This document shows, piece after piece, positions 18,799-28,842 of a DNA stretch of 64,000 nt (its first letter is position 1; every line of letters begins with the position of its first letter). A program made the translations under genes and the position numbers. Below the pieces are notes generated by a model, which was given only the letters and a program-made list of their open reading frames with translations, did no database searches and had not been told where the DNA came from. The stretch lies in the NCBI GenBank assembly GCA_039679675.1, contig JBDKUN010000050.1, positions 1 to 64,000 of the forward strand, read 5' to 3'. The stretch comes from Armatimonadota bacterium. GTDB taxonomy: Bacteria > Armatimonadota > UBA5829 > DTLH01.

Positions 18799-19770
18799 GT
18801 GGGTAACTCCATCACTAAAGCAATCCTCAGATGGTTGAAGTGTGTAGTTTCATTGGTGTATCACTCACGGCTGTCTGTTTATCAGCTGGAAGGAGAATCA
18901 TCGACCGGACACATGCGCGTTACGGTCGCAGATGACGGCTCCGTACTTCTGTTTGTTCTGAAACTGGTTTTCAATGACCAAGCTGAGGTCAAACGTACAG
19001 GCAGCGTTTGGGCCTTTTCCGTGCACAAGCTGGCAAAAGCCGATTCGGACCTGGTGGTGGTTGGAGCTGGGAGGCTGTTGCTTCGCCGCTTCGTCCGTGA
19101 AGGCTTCCAAGTGACTCCCAAATGGATCAGGCTTGCTACCGACATTACTGAAGACCCGGACACCCTCATTTCACGTTTTCCCGGCCCCTACAAGAACTCC
19201 GTGGCAAGGATGGTCAACAAGGCCAAGTCCAAAGGATTTACCTGCGAGACCACTACTGACCCGAAGTGGACATATCCGTTCTACAACCAAATGTACAAAC
19301 CTTATTCAGTGAACCGCCACGGTAAAAAGACGATACTCTACGGATATAAGGACATCGGAAAGGACTTCCGGAGAGGTCATTTGCTCCTCGTCAAAAAGAA
19401 TGATGTATACGTTGGTGGAGCCATTCTCGTTTCACACGGCGATGCCTTGGGGTTTCTGCACTCAGGGATACTGAACGGCAGCAATGATCTTCTTAAGGAA
19501 GGGGTTTCCAATGCTCTGTACTACTTCATGCTTCAAGATGCTTACCAGAGCGGCTATAAACGCATCGACTGGGGACTCAGCCATTCGTTCTTAACGGATG
19601 GTGTGACCATGTATAAGCTGAAATGGGGAAGCGTACCGGTGCAGGAGGACATCGGCACAGGTGCATTCGCAGTCATAGCACCGGGCATGGCGGAAGCAGG
19701 GAGGAGATTCCTGCAGGCAAACCCGTTCTTTCAGTGGTGCTCTGGGGTGATACTTCCGCCAGAGAAATAA
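18799..19770 (+). CDS. GNAT-like (FemAB/Acetyltransf_6-type) protein
   Basis: C-terminal ALYYFML...GYKRIDWG...GVTMYKLKWG motif; SD GGGAGG before a GTG start. Confidence 0.65.
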   Translation: MGNSITKAILRWLKCVVSLVYHSRLSVYQLEGESSTGHMRVTVADDGSVLLFVLKLVFNDQAEVKRTGSVWAFSVHKLAKADSDLVVVGAGRLLLRRFVREGFQVTPKWIRLATDITEDPDTLISRFPGPYKNSVARMVNKAKSKGFTCETTTDPKWTYPFYNQMYKPYSVNRHGKKTILYGYKDIGKDFRRGHLLLVKKNDVYVGGAILVSHGDALGFLHSGILNGSNDLLKEGVSNALYYFMLQDAYQSGYKRIDWGLSHSFLTDGVTMYKLKWGSVPVQEDIGTGAFAVIAPGMAEAGRRFLQANPFFQWCSGVILPPEK

Positions 19771-19778
19771 GTGGAGCG

Positions 19779-19813
19779 TCGTGCTTTGGGACGAAAAGCG
19801 GTCCCAAAGCATA
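19779..19813 (+). repeat. 35-bp hairpin repeat (family B), copy 1
   Basis: TCGTGCTTTGGGAC-gaaaagcg-GTCCCAAAGCATA; same length and arms as 46481-46515. Confidence 0.75.
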
Positions 19814-19820
19814 GAAATTA

Positions 19821-20165
19821 TCACTTGCTCAAGTCTATAATTGTATAAATTATACCCGCTAATGTTAAGGCTAGGGATATAATTGCAAAGATTCGCAGTG
19901 CCCATGGAATTCTGCTGGGACCGGGCCTTGATAATTCTCTCAGCAAACCACTTGCTATCTCAGCATCTTTTGCATCTACCTGGATATAAACCGGACCTAT
20001 GGGGTCAAAACCTCCACCCAGTGCCCCGTATCCGAATAGATCTATAACATTCTCGTTCCCGACTATATATTTGATACCTTCGCCATCGAGGATCGTCTTC
20101 GCAACCGCAATTACAGCTTTATCTACCGATGAAAAAACTGTAACCAGTTCGTCGCCTCTATTCAT
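19821..20165 (-). CDS. DUF2007-like protein with C-terminal TM helix
   Basis: VTVF...AVAKTILDGEGI...IQVDAKDAEIA pattern; start placed at ATG 20165 (SD GAGGT). Confidence 0.65.
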   Translation of the reverse strand: MNRGDELVTVFSSVDKAVIAVAKTILDGEGIKYIVGNENVIDLFGYGALGGGFDPIGPVYIQVDAKDAEIASGLLRELSRPGPSRIPWALRIFAIISLALTLAGIIYTIIDLSK

Positions 20166-20199
20166 AATAGACCTCAGCAATCGGAATTCATCTCAGACA

Positions 20200-21306
20200 T
20201 TAGTTCCCCAGTGCTGACTCAATCTCCTCTATGACCCTCTCATCCGTTTCCGACTCCAGAGCCTTCTTAAGCTCTTCGCAGGCGTCGCTGCCGCTGATTT
20301 GGCCGAGAGCCCACGCAGCATGGGCTCGAATTACGGGTTCGGGGTCGGTAAGCGCTTCTATGAGTGCTGGTACAGCGGAAGAATCACCAATATTACCGAG
20401 CGCTACAGCAACATTCCGGCGAAACCGTGTTCTTCCAATCCATGCTATAGCCGTCGGGCCGATAATTTGGTCAAATTCCTCCTGGCTGATGTTTAGAAGA
20501 GGTATTAGGGCCGGAAAGCGAGGAATTAGCTGCTCTTCGGCCGTTTTTTCATCTATGCCGATATTTTTCGGACAGGACTCCTGGCAGATGTCGCAGCCGT
20601 AGATGCTATCGCCGATAATCGGCCGGAGTTCACGCGGGATAATCCCCTTCATCTGGGTCAGATGAGATATGCACTTCGTCTGGTCGATCACAAATGGGCA
20701 GATAATCGCACCTGAAGGGCACTTTTTCACGCATATATCGCAGTTGCCGCACTCCTCCATCGGGGATGGATCGTCATATTCGAGCTCCACATCCGTTATC
20801 ATCTCTCCCAAAACGACCCAGGAGCCTGATTTTTCGGTAATGATGGAGGCATTTTTTCCGTAGGAACCTACTCCGGCGGCGCGCGCTGCGGCGCGGTCGA
20901 TCATCGGGCCGGTGTCTACGCAGATCTTATACTTTGCGGAAGGAACCTGCCCGGCCAGCCATTCGCCAAGCTCTTGAAGCCGCTCAGTGACGACTACATG
21001 GTAATCCTGCCCCATAGCGAACCTGGCAACGCGGCCTTTCGGCCCCCTGCCCTCTTCTTTTTCAGAAATCAGATAGGGCCACGCCACAACGATCATCGAT
21101 TTGGCCTCAGGGATGAGTGTTTCGGGGTGGGTGAAACGTTCGGCAGGTTTTCGGCTGAAACCATAGTCCTTCAACCTGCCGGACTCGACTCGTTCTTTTA
21201 AGGATTCTTCGGCAAAGTCCAGCGCGGCAGCCGGAGCGATTCCGACTGCCGAAAATCCGAGTTCGAAAGCCTTCTTTTTCAATTGAGCAGTTAAATTATC
21301 GTTCAT
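20200..21306 (-). CDS. queG: tRNA epoxyqueuosine(34) reductase with C-terminal HEAT repeats
   Basis: GQDYH, VDTGP, CGNCDICVKKCP, IYGCDICQESCP, RRNVAVALGN. Confidence 0.95.
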   Translation of the reverse strand: MNDNLTAQLKKKAFELGFSAVGIAPAAALDFAEESLKERVESGRLKDYGFSRKPAERFTHPETLIPEAKSMIVVAWPYLISEKEEGRGPKGRVARFAMGQDYHVVVTERLQELGEWLAGQVPSAKYKICVDTGPMIDRAAARAAGVGSYGKNASIITEKSGSWVVLGEMITDVELEYDDPSPMEECGNCDICVKKCPSGAIICPFVIDQTKCISHLTQMKGIIPRELRPIIGDSIYGCDICQESCPKNIGIDEKTAEEQLIPRFPALIPLLNISQEEFDQIIGPTAIAWIGRTRFRRNVAVALGNIGDSSAVPALIEALTDPEPVIRAHAAWALGQISGSDACEELKKALESETDERVIEEIESALGN

Positions 21307-21393
21307 GCTTATACGGCATACCAAATGACAGGGATTCTTTTAATACGAATAAAGCCATTAATCACGAAATGCTTTCGTGATAGAAAAAAGCCC

Positions 21394-22260
21394 CTACTTC
21401 ATCTGCTCCGCCGCGTGGTAAGAGCTTCTGACGAGCGGGGCGGACTCCACATGCCGGAAGCCCAGCTCCAGCCCGGTCTTCTTCAGCTCTTCGAACTCTT
21501 CGGGCGTGTAATATCTGTCTATCGGAGCGTGATCGACGGACGGGCGCAGGTACTGGCCGATTGTCAGAATATCACAGCCGTATTTCCGAAGGTCTTTCAT
21601 CGTTTCTACGATTTCCGGGATGGTCTCACCTACCCCGACCATAATGCCGGACTTGGTAAGGACCGTCGGGTCTATGTTTTTGGACCGGCGGAGAAGCTCC
21701 AGCGACCGTGTATATATCGCCTGCGGGCGGATGTGCCGGTACATTCGCTCCACCGTCTCTATGTTGTGGTTCAGTATGTCCGGCCTTGCCTCAACAACTA
21801 CTCTTAGCGCATCTTCTGACCCTGCAAAATCGGGAATCAGCACCTCTATGGAGCAGGTCGGATGGAGCCTTCGTATAGCGCGGATAGTTCCGGCAAAAAT
21901 CGATGCTCCGCCGTCCGGCACGTCATCTCTCGTCACTGATGTAATGACCGCATGCTTGAGTCCAAGGGTCTTGACCGCTTCGCCTACTCTCTCCGGCTCG
22001 TTTTCATCGACAGGCTCCGGGCAGCCGCTGTCGACCGCGCAGAACCGGCAGTTTCTCGTGCAGGTGTTGCCCAGGATCATGAAAGTCGCTGTCTTTGCGT
22101 GCCAGCACTCCCCTATGTTCGGACAGTGCGCGCTCTGGCATACCGTGTGAAGCTCCATTTTGTCGACCAATGCCCGCACCTGAGAATAGTTCTCACCAGC
22201 CGGGGCTTTGGCCTTAATCCAAGGCGGCTTCGGGCCGCCCAACCTGTTATCTTTTGCCAA
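21394..22260 (-). CDS. lipA: Lipoyl synthase
   Basis: CQSAHCPNIGEC, CTRNCRFC radical-SAM motif, PLVRSSYHA. Confidence 0.97.
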   Translation of the reverse strand: MAKDNRLGGPKPPWIKAKAPAGENYSQVRALVDKMELHTVCQSAHCPNIGECWHAKTATFMILGNTCTRNCRFCAVDSGCPEPVDENEPERVGEAVKTLGLKHAVITSVTRDDVPDGGASIFAGTIRAIRRLHPTCSIEVLIPDFAGSEDALRVVVEARPDILNHNIETVERMYRHIRPQAIYTRSLELLRRSKNIDPTVLTKSGIMVGVGETIPEIVETMKDLRKYGCDILTIGQYLRPSVDHAPIDRYYTPEEFEELKKTGLELGFRHVESAPLVRSSYHAAEQMK

Positions 22261-22286
22261 CTGTCTTCTAAAAATCCCCTCTATAG

Positions 22287-23816
22287 TTATGGATACCCGG
22301 CTGCCGCCTTTGCGGACGGAACAACCGGCCGCTCAAGCAGATATACGGATATCTCTTTGAATTCTCTGGACGCGAGCACCCTGCAGTGGCTCTCTATCGC
22401 GGGTTTTATATACTCCATGGACTTTCTCGGAAGCCGGGATAACACAAGCCACTGTCTTTTTCCTGCAGGCATGATCTCGATAAGTTTTACTGCTTTCTCT
22501 TCGGTCCATGGCATAAACTCTGCATCATGATCCTTCAGGAAATCTTCCGACCAGACTGCATGCCATTTCGATTTGCCATTATAGTAATGGGCAAAGATAT
22601 TCTCGACCGAATGGCGATAGATCACTATTGTGTCTGATGGACGCTCTCGTTCCTTTATGTATTCTACAGCTAATTTCCACTGAGGTCGATTGGTAATTAG
22701 ATAATATCGCGCCAGTTTCCCGGATGCAGGGACCAAAAGGAAGAGACATAAGACTGCGAAGGCCGTCCTGTTCCGGAATCTGGATACGGCAGCACCGAGC
22801 AGCAGGAAGTATATTGGTGATATGAACATAAGGTACCGGATCACCCATATGTTGACCTTGATAACCGACATAAGGAAGACTACGATGGTAGGAGCGAAAA
22901 GCCATATTGCTGCCCACTTTGTCTCAGATCTTTTTCTGTCAACCCACACAAGATAAGCAAGAAGTAACGCAGCGCCGATTGTGTAAATATAGCACATAGT
23001 GTTTATCAGCCTGCCGCCGCCTCCCCACTCACTTATGCCGAACTTTCCCCAAATGACCGGAATATCGAAAAGCCTCGGTTTATACATCTGGTCCAGATAA
23101 GCCTGGCTGCTGTAGCCTGTCCCGAAGCTGGCAACGTACTGCCACCGCGGAAGCCAGATAGCCAAAATTACGAGTTCAAGCACAATCCAAGGAAGAATCC
23201 GCTTCAAATCTCTGCGATATGTCCAAAGGACTATGAGATTCATCGGAACGAGCAGGACAATTGCGACCGCGTGAGTGAGAAGCGCCATCAAAAAACACAC
23301 AATGCATCCAACGACATATATGGTCCGACCGGATTTGAGCGCTTCCACAAAGAAATAGAATGTTCCAATTCCTGTCAGTGCGAGAAGCGTATACATCCTC
23401 ACTTCCTGGGAATGGTCCACGTGAAGCGGCGACACTGCTATGAGCAGTCCGGCTATGACAGCCGCCTTCATGCCCCATATTTTCCGAGCCAGAAGGAAGA
23501 TGACTACTATGGTCATTAAATCGAAGATTACAGAGGGAACTCTGAGCAGCCAGTCCGACTGCCCAAGGTGCATCCATGGCGAAAGCACCCAAAAGTAAAG
23601 CGGCCTGCTTGCCTTCTGGACTGTGAAACCTGATGAAGCATCTTTTAGGCTGAGCCCTTCGTCGATCCACATATTCTCCGTGCCAAGCTGATAAAACCTG
23701 AGCACGGCAGCCAGTGCCACTACCGCAAGAAGCGCGAGCTGCCAGCGGTCACTATGAATCCGGCGGGTGCCACTTTCGTTTTTTTTATCGACTACACTAC
23801 GTACGCTGGAATCCAA
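22287..23816 (-). CDS. GT-C membrane glycosyltransferase (PMT/ArnT-like)
   Basis: LRFYQLG...MWIDE, PLYF, LLRVPS, SQEVRMY; multiple TM segments. Confidence 0.85.
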   Translation of the reverse strand: MDSSVRSVVDKKNESGTRRIHSDRWQLALLAVVALAAVLRFYQLGTENMWIDEGLSLKDASSGFTVQKASRPLYFWVLSPWMHLGQSDWLLRVPSVIFDLMTIVVIFLLARKIWGMKAAVIAGLLIAVSPLHVDHSQEVRMYTLLALTGIGTFYFFVEALKSGRTIYVVGCIVCFLMALLTHAVAIVLLVPMNLIVLWTYRRDLKRILPWIVLELVILAIWLPRWQYVASFGTGYSSQAYLDQMYKPRLFDIPVIWGKFGISEWGGGGRLINTMCYIYTIGAALLLAYLVWVDRKRSETKWAAIWLFAPTIVVFLMSVIKVNIWVIRYLMFISPIYFLLLGAAVSRFRNRTAFAVLCLFLLVPASGKLARYYLITNRPQWKLAVEYIKERERPSDTIVIYRHSVENIFAHYYNGKSKWHAVWSEDFLKDHDAEFMPWTEEKAVKLIEIMPAGKRQWLVLSRLPRKSMEYIKPAIESHCRVLASREFKEISVYLLERPVVPSAKAAAGYP

Positions 23817-23836
23817 TTAATCTGCCTCCTTTATGA

Positions 23837-24262
23837 TTATGGGTATGGGAGCAGGAGCATGTCTTTCGTGTGTATCTCCGCATCTCTCGTATACTCGGAA
23901 ATCTCATATATGTCGCGAAGAACAACTGCTTCCACCGGACATGCATCCTGGCAGTAGCCGCAGAATATACATCGAAGCATATTGATCTCGTAGACCTGGG
24001 CGTAACGCTCGCCTGGGGAATACCTCGCGCCCTCACGGTTTTCGGCTGCGACGACCAGTATGCAGTGAGCAGGACAGGCCCCTGCACAAAGTGAGCACCC
24101 GATGCACCGCTCCAGGCCATCCTCATGTCTTAAGAGCACATGACGCCACCTGGCGCGCGGTGGAAGTTGGCGCTTAACTTCGGGATACTCCACTGTCACG
24201 CGCTTTTCCCCGAGCACATGCCTCATCGTGACAGCGAGGCCTTTGAAAAGTTCCTCCAGCAT
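23837..24262 (-). CDS. nuoI: NADH-quinone oxidoreductase subunit I (copy 2)
   Basis: VTVEYPE, RHEDGLERCIGCSLCAGACP, EINMLRCIFCGYCQDACP; TGATG overlap with nuoG. Confidence 0.95.
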   Translation of the reverse strand: MLEELFKGLAVTMRHVLGEKRVTVEYPEVKRQLPPRARWRHVLLRHEDGLERCIGCSLCAGACPAHCILVVAAENREGARYSPGERYAQVYEINMLRCIFCGYCQDACPVEAVVLRDIYEISEYTRDAEIHTKDMLLLPYP

Positions 24263-26391
24263 CAGCGGACCTCCCACTGGCGGCCTAATGGACCGAGCGA
24301 ATCGTAAGATATGCCGTTGTAGCCCGGCACAACCTGCGATATTTCGTCGTAGATATTCTCAATCCGCCCGAAATCAAAACCGGAGGCTCCGGCGAGAAAC
24401 GCGGCCTTTTGGATAATATCCGTGTCCGGCAAAGAGTCGCCTATCGGCCTGATAGCTGGGCTGATCCGTTGAATTCTGCGTTCAGTGTTAGTGAGAGTCC
24501 CCTTCGTCTCGGCAAATGTGGAACTCGGAAGTACCACATCCGCCATTTTGGCGGTTTCAGTAAGAAAATAGTCCTGCACAATCAACGCATTAAGCCTGCT
24601 AAGTAACTCTTTTGCATTATCGCCATAGACCAGATGTCCCACCGGGTCGAGCCCCATAATCCAAAGAGCGAAGATGTCATCTCCGGCTTTTTCGAGCATC
24701 TTCCAACCGGATAGTCCGCGCTCACTCGAAAGTTTGCTAGCCCAGAGGCCTTCCATTTCAACGCGCGTCTCCGGCGATATTTTTCGATAACCCGGATAAT
24801 ACCCCGGCAGAAGCCCCACATCCATTGCACCTTGCGCGTTTCCGTCCCTCGTAAGAAGCATTGCGGATACGTCCGCACCGAACCCCTTAAAAGCGTCGAT
24901 GAGCCAGTTCAGGGAGTCCAGTATGTCCATCCCACGCTCGGCAGAACGAAGAAGAGTCTCCGAGACGAGGATCAAAACCGATTTGGCTTCTTTCAGCGTT
25001 TTCGCCGCTGATTCTATATTCTCTTTCTCAACACCAGCGGGCGGCTTCCACGCTATCCCCTTGACTGCGCTAGAGAACTCTGAAATAAACTCAGCTTCTT
25101 TGCCTTCGTGGTATGGCAGAAAAGGAGAAGCATACTTTGTAAGCTCTGCGGCAAGTGGATAGGCAAAGACCAGCTTGCTGCCATGCCGCCATACGGCTTT
25201 TTTTATCCAAAGGTCTATTAGCGGCAGGTCAAAACTGATGTCCGAGCCTATGGAGAGGATTATTTCCGAGTTTGGGATGTCCCTGATAGAGCCGTTGAAC
25301 ATTCCACCGGATAGCCCTGCAGCTAGAGCATCCGCCCCGTCAACACTTCTCGGCTCTATGGTAAAATCTATGTTGTTCGTCCCCAAAACGCACCGAATGA
25401 ACTTCTGAAAGAGGTAGTTTTGCTCGTTCGTGCGGTTAGGTGAGCCGAGTCCGGCTGTTTTTTCTCCGGCTTTACGCATAAGAGAGATTGCAACCTTGAG
25501 GGCTTCCTCCCATGTCGCCTCCTGAAGCTCACCGTTCTTTCTGACTAAAGGCTTTGTGAGCCGTTCGGGGTCGTTAATGAATGTTGAATCGAACCGGCCA
25601 CGGTCGCAGAGCCAGTCTTCATTGACTTCATCATTATTTCGAGCTAAAAAACGGGCTACGTAACGCTTGCCGCGGTCATGAATCTGCATATTGCAGCCGA
25701 CACCGCAGTCCGGGCAGATGCTTTCGGTGCTGGTCATCTCCCAGGGTCTTGCCCTGAACCTGAAAACGCTGGAAAGAAGCGCTCCGACCGGACATAGCTC
25801 AATGGTATTACCGGAGAAATTGGACTCGAAAGGCTTTCCGCGGAAAATATCGATGTAGTCGCCGGAGCCACGGTTAGACACAAAGATCTGCGGATGATCG
25901 ACGATCTCTCTCTGGAACCTGACGCACCGGAAGCACATTATGCACCGCTCCCTGTCCATTAAGACCAACGCCGAGAGCGGTACCGGTTTTACAAAGTGGC
26001 GTTTTTCGTGCTCGAACCGGCTGTCCGTCGGGCCATAGGCAAAAGTATTATCCTGAAGCGGACATTCGCCCCCACGGTCGCACACCGGGCAGTCGAGCGG
26101 GTGGTTGATGAGCAAAAACTCAAGTATGCTCTTCCACATCTCTCTCACTTCGGGAGTGTTGGTGCGGACTACCATCCCATCGGCGACTTTAGTCGAGCAC
26201 GACACCTGAGGTTTGCGAAACCCCTCTATATCCACCAAGCATTGCCTGCATGCGCCGACCGGCTCCAGCTTGTGGTGGTAGCAGAATACCGGAATATCTA
26301 TTCCCAGCATCTTCGCCGCATCAAGCACCAGCGTGTCCTTCGGCACGGTTATCTGCTGCCCGTCTATTGTCAAAGTGACTTCATCGGCCAT
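24262..26391 (-). CDS. nuoG: NADH-quinone oxidoreductase subunit G
   Basis: Motifs for N1b (CYH...GACRQC...C), N5 (HPLDCPVCDRGGEC), N4 (CIMCFRC...C) and N7 (CPDCGVGC...C). Confidence 0.95.
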   Translation of the reverse strand: MADEVTLTIDGQQITVPKDTLVLDAAKMLGIDIPVFCYHHKLEPVGACRQCLVDIEGFRKPQVSCSTKVADGMVVRTNTPEVREMWKSILEFLLINHPLDCPVCDRGGECPLQDNTFAYGPTDSRFEHEKRHFVKPVPLSALVLMDRERCIMCFRCVRFQREIVDHPQIFVSNRGSGDYIDIFRGKPFESNFSGNTIELCPVGALLSSVFRFRARPWEMTSTESICPDCGVGCNMQIHDRGKRYVARFLARNNDEVNEDWLCDRGRFDSTFINDPERLTKPLVRKNGELQEATWEEALKVAISLMRKAGEKTAGLGSPNRTNEQNYLFQKFIRCVLGTNNIDFTIEPRSVDGADALAAGLSGGMFNGSIRDIPNSEIILSIGSDISFDLPLIDLWIKKAVWRHGSKLVFAYPLAAELTKYASPFLPYHEGKEAEFISEFSSAVKGIAWKPPAGVEKENIESAAKTLKEAKSVLILVSETLLRSAERGMDILDSLNWLIDAFKGFGADVSAMLLTRDGNAQGAMDVGLLPGYYPGYRKISPETRVEMEGLWASKLSSERGLSGWKMLEKAGDDIFALWIMGLDPVGHLVYGDNAKELLSRLNALIVQDYFLTETAKMADVVLPSSTFAETKGTLTNTERRIQRISPAIRPIGDSLPDTDIIQKAAFLAGASGFDFGRIENIYDEISQVVPGYNGISYDSLGPLGRQWEVR

Positions 26392-26393
26392 TT

Positions 26394-28169
26394 CTACCTG
26401 TCCACTTCTCCCATAATCATATCCACGCTGCCGAGGATGGCTATTACGTCGGATACCAGCCTGTTTTTGAACATAAGTGGCATACTCTGAAGTGTCGAAA
26501 AAGACGGAGCGCGCAAATGCATCCTGTAGGGTTTGGGGCTGCCATCGCTTACTATGTAGTATCCGGCCTCGCCGCGCGGGCCTTCGTAGCTTACGTACGA
26601 ATCGCCTTCCGGCACATTGAACCCTTTTGTTGCCACGAGAAAATGGTGAATGAGTGCCTCCATGCTCACATCCAGCCGCTGCCTGGGCGGAAGGACTATC
26701 TTGTAGTCCTCGATTCTATAGTCCCCGCCGGGAAGGTTATCGAGTGCCTGTTCTATGATCCTCAGGCTTTGCCTCATCTCCTCCATCCGAACGAGGTACC
26801 GGTCGTATACATCGCTGTTCTCGCCGGTCGGGATGTCAAAAGCGAACTCATCATAGCCTGAGTACGGCCAGATTTTGCGGACATCCCAGGCGAGGCCGGT
26901 CGCACGAAGAACAGGGCCGGAAACACCGTAGCTTAAGGCATTTTCACGGCTTATGTAGCCGATTCCCTTCGTCCGCTCGAGCCAGATCGGGTTCTTTGTA
27001 AGAAGTGCGTGGTAATCATCCAGTCTGGATGGGAAAGTGTTCAGAAAACGACGTACCGCTGAGGTAAAACCTTCGGGGATATCATCTCGAAGCCCGCCGA
27101 TATTGATCCAGCTCGTCATCATCCGCTGGCCGGAGAGCATTTCGAAAATGTCGAGGATTGCTTCTCTATCTTTGAACCCATAGAGGAAGACTGTAACGGC
27201 CCCGATCTCAATCCCGTGCGTCCCCAGCCAGAGCAAATGGCTCGATATTCTCGTAAGCTCGTTCAGCATCACCCGCAGGTATTTCGCCCTCGGCGGGACT
27301 TCTATTCCCAGGAGTTTTTCGACGGAGAGCACATATCCCAGGTTGTTTATGAGCGGCGCAACATAGTCCATCCGGTCCGTGAGCGTGAGAGTCTGCTGGT
27401 AAAGAAGCTGCTCGGCCTGTTTTTCTATCCCTGTGTGGACATAGCCGATGTCCAGGTCCGAATCGATGACCGTCTCCCCTTCCAGCGCAAGGATAACCCG
27501 GAGAACACCATGCGTGCTTGGGTGCTGAGGCCCCATGTTGATGACGAGCTTCCCTTCTTTCTCATACTTCGCCATCCGTGAAGCACCGTAGGCGGTGTTC
27601 ATCTCGTCGCCGCGCTCGATATAGCCTTTGAAATCCATCCCCTCGAACTGTTCGTTATAGAACACCGTCTGCGGGATAATATCGCCGGTACTCTCCGTAA
27701 ACTGGACTTCTTCGCTTCCGACTGGGTGGTCTTTTCTTAATGGGTGGCCTATCCAGTTGGACGGCATAAGTATCCGCCGCAAGTCCGGGTGGTTTGCAAA
27801 GCGGATACCGAACATATCGTAGACCTCGCGCTCCATCCAGTTGGCGTTCTTCCAGACGGATGTTACGGTTTCGACTTCTTCGCCGGTCTCGACAGGTACT
27901 TTTACCCATAACCGGCGGCCGTTAGGAACGGAATACATCCGGTAGACAACTTCGAACCTGGTTTTTTTTCTATAAAAATCGACCGCAGTTATATCCGAAA
28001 GAAAGTTATAGTTGAGGCTCGACTTGTCATGGAGCGCCCTGCAGAGCTGAAGAATAGCTTCGCGCTCGGCGCGAAGGAATATCTCCCGTCCTTCAGGAGT
28101 TTTGGCCTTATCGGAGACTTCCTTTAAGGCATCTTCCACTTTGTCTTTGGTGATGAAAGTGTCGATCAT
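26394..28169 (-). CDS. nuoCD: Fused NADH-quinone oxidoreductase subunit C/D
   Basis: [14 protein letters not shown]...HPLRKD (NuoC) followed by [14 protein letters not shown]...GEVDR (NuoD). Confidence 0.96.
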   Translation of the reverse strand: MIDTFITKDKVEDALKEVSDKAKTPEGREIFLRAEREAILQLCRALHDKSSLNYNFLSDITAVDFYRKKTRFEVVYRMYSVPNGRRLWVKVPVETGEEVETVTSVWKNANWMEREVYDMFGIRFANHPDLRRILMPSNWIGHPLRKDHPVGSEEVQFTESTGDIIPQTVFYNEQFEGMDFKGYIERGDEMNTAYGASRMAKYEKEGKLVINMGPQHPSTHGVLRVILALEGETVIDSDLDIGYVHTGIEKQAEQLLYQQTLTLTDRMDYVAPLINNLGYVLSVEKLLGIEVPPRAKYLRVMLNELTRISSHLLWLGTHGIEIGAVTVFLYGFKDREAILDIFEMLSGQRMMTSWINIGGLRDDIPEGFTSAVRRFLNTFPSRLDDYHALLTKNPIWLERTKGIGYISRENALSYGVSGPVLRATGLAWDVRKIWPYSGYDEFAFDIPTGENSDVYDRYLVRMEEMRQSLRIIEQALDNLPGGDYRIEDYKIVLPPRQRLDVSMEALIHHFLVATKGFNVPEGDSYVSYEGPRGEAGYYIVSDGSPKPYRMHLRAPSFSTLQSMPLMFKNRLVSDVIAILGSVDMIMGEVDR

Positions 28170-28347
28170 GGGTAACTTCTCACTCTCGATACGTCATTCC
28201 GAGCTTGACTCGGAATCCAGGAAAGGAATGGACCCTGAATCAAGTTCAGGGTGACGTGGTGATTGTTCAAGGTACCGTTGTGCTTGTCCAGAATTACATT
28301 GTGCTCGTCCTGAGCTACATTGTTCTCGAGAAGTTTTATGATCATGG
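28164..28347 (-). mobile_element. Family A palindromic element with 8-bp flanking direct repeats
   Basis: GATCATGG at 28164-28171 and 28340-28347; inverted ends AACTTCTC (28174-28181) and GAGAAGTT (28328-28335); family A core at 28193-28255. Confidence 0.75.
28166..28345 (-). CDS. 59-aa repeat-derived ORF overlapping (ATGA) both nuoB and nuoCD
   Basis: [59 protein letters not shown]; its ATG overlaps the nuoB stop and its stop overlaps the nuoCD ATG. Confidence 0.45.
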   Translation of the reverse strand: MIIKLLENNVAQDEHNVILDKHNGTLNNHHVTLNLIQGPFLSWIPSQARNDVSRVRSYP

Positions 28348-28842
28348 CTGCTGGCCTGGTGGAATACCTTTTCTGATCTTCTCCTGAATCATAATCAGCC
28401 CCTGAAGGAGCATGTCCGGACTCGGCGGGCATCCGGGAATATACACATCCACTGGCAGAATCTTGTCCACGCCGTTTATGACTGCGTAGTTGCTGAAAAC
28501 GCCTGAAGTCGAAGCGCATGCGCCCATCGAGATTACCCACTTGGGGTCCGGCATCTGATCATAGAGCCTTTTTGCGACAGGCATCATCTTGAGACAGAGC
28601 CTGCCGGAGACAATCATCAAATCCGCCTGCCTGGGGGATGGCCTGAATAGCTCTGCGCCGAATCGCGCCAAGTCAAACCGCGAAGCAGCCGCCGCCATCA
28701 TCTCTATCGCGCAGCATGCAAGCCCCATCATGAGCGGCCAGAGAGATGACCGCTCCGCCCACCTGACGAGATCGTTTACACTGGCGAGGACTATTCCTCC
28801 CTGCCCACTTCTTCTCTCAGGATCGATACCTTCTATCCTCAA
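28342..28842 (-). CDS. nuoB: NADH-quinone oxidoreductase subunit B
   Basis: [32 protein letters not shown] start overlapping the aspA stop. Confidence 0.96.
   Translation of the reverse strand: MRIEGIDPERRSGQGGIVLASVNDLVRWAERSSLWPLMMGLACCAIEMMAAAASRFDLARFGAELFRPSPRQADLMIVSGRLCLKMMPVAKRLYDQMPDPKWVISMGACASTSGVFSNYAVINGVDKILPVDVYIPGCPPSPDMLLQGLIMIQEKIRKGIPPGQQP

Noticed and set aside
28166..28540. 124-aa ORF as listed in the ORF track
   Set aside because: Its first 65 codons overlap nuoB out of frame; only the part from ATG 28345 is plausible.
24262..28842. Formate dehydrogenase or group 4 hydrogenase instead of complex I
   Set aside because: NuoD lacks the Ni-binding CxxC pairs and ends in GEVDR; the G subunit has NuoG-type motifs and I saw no Mo-ligating Cys/Sec segment.
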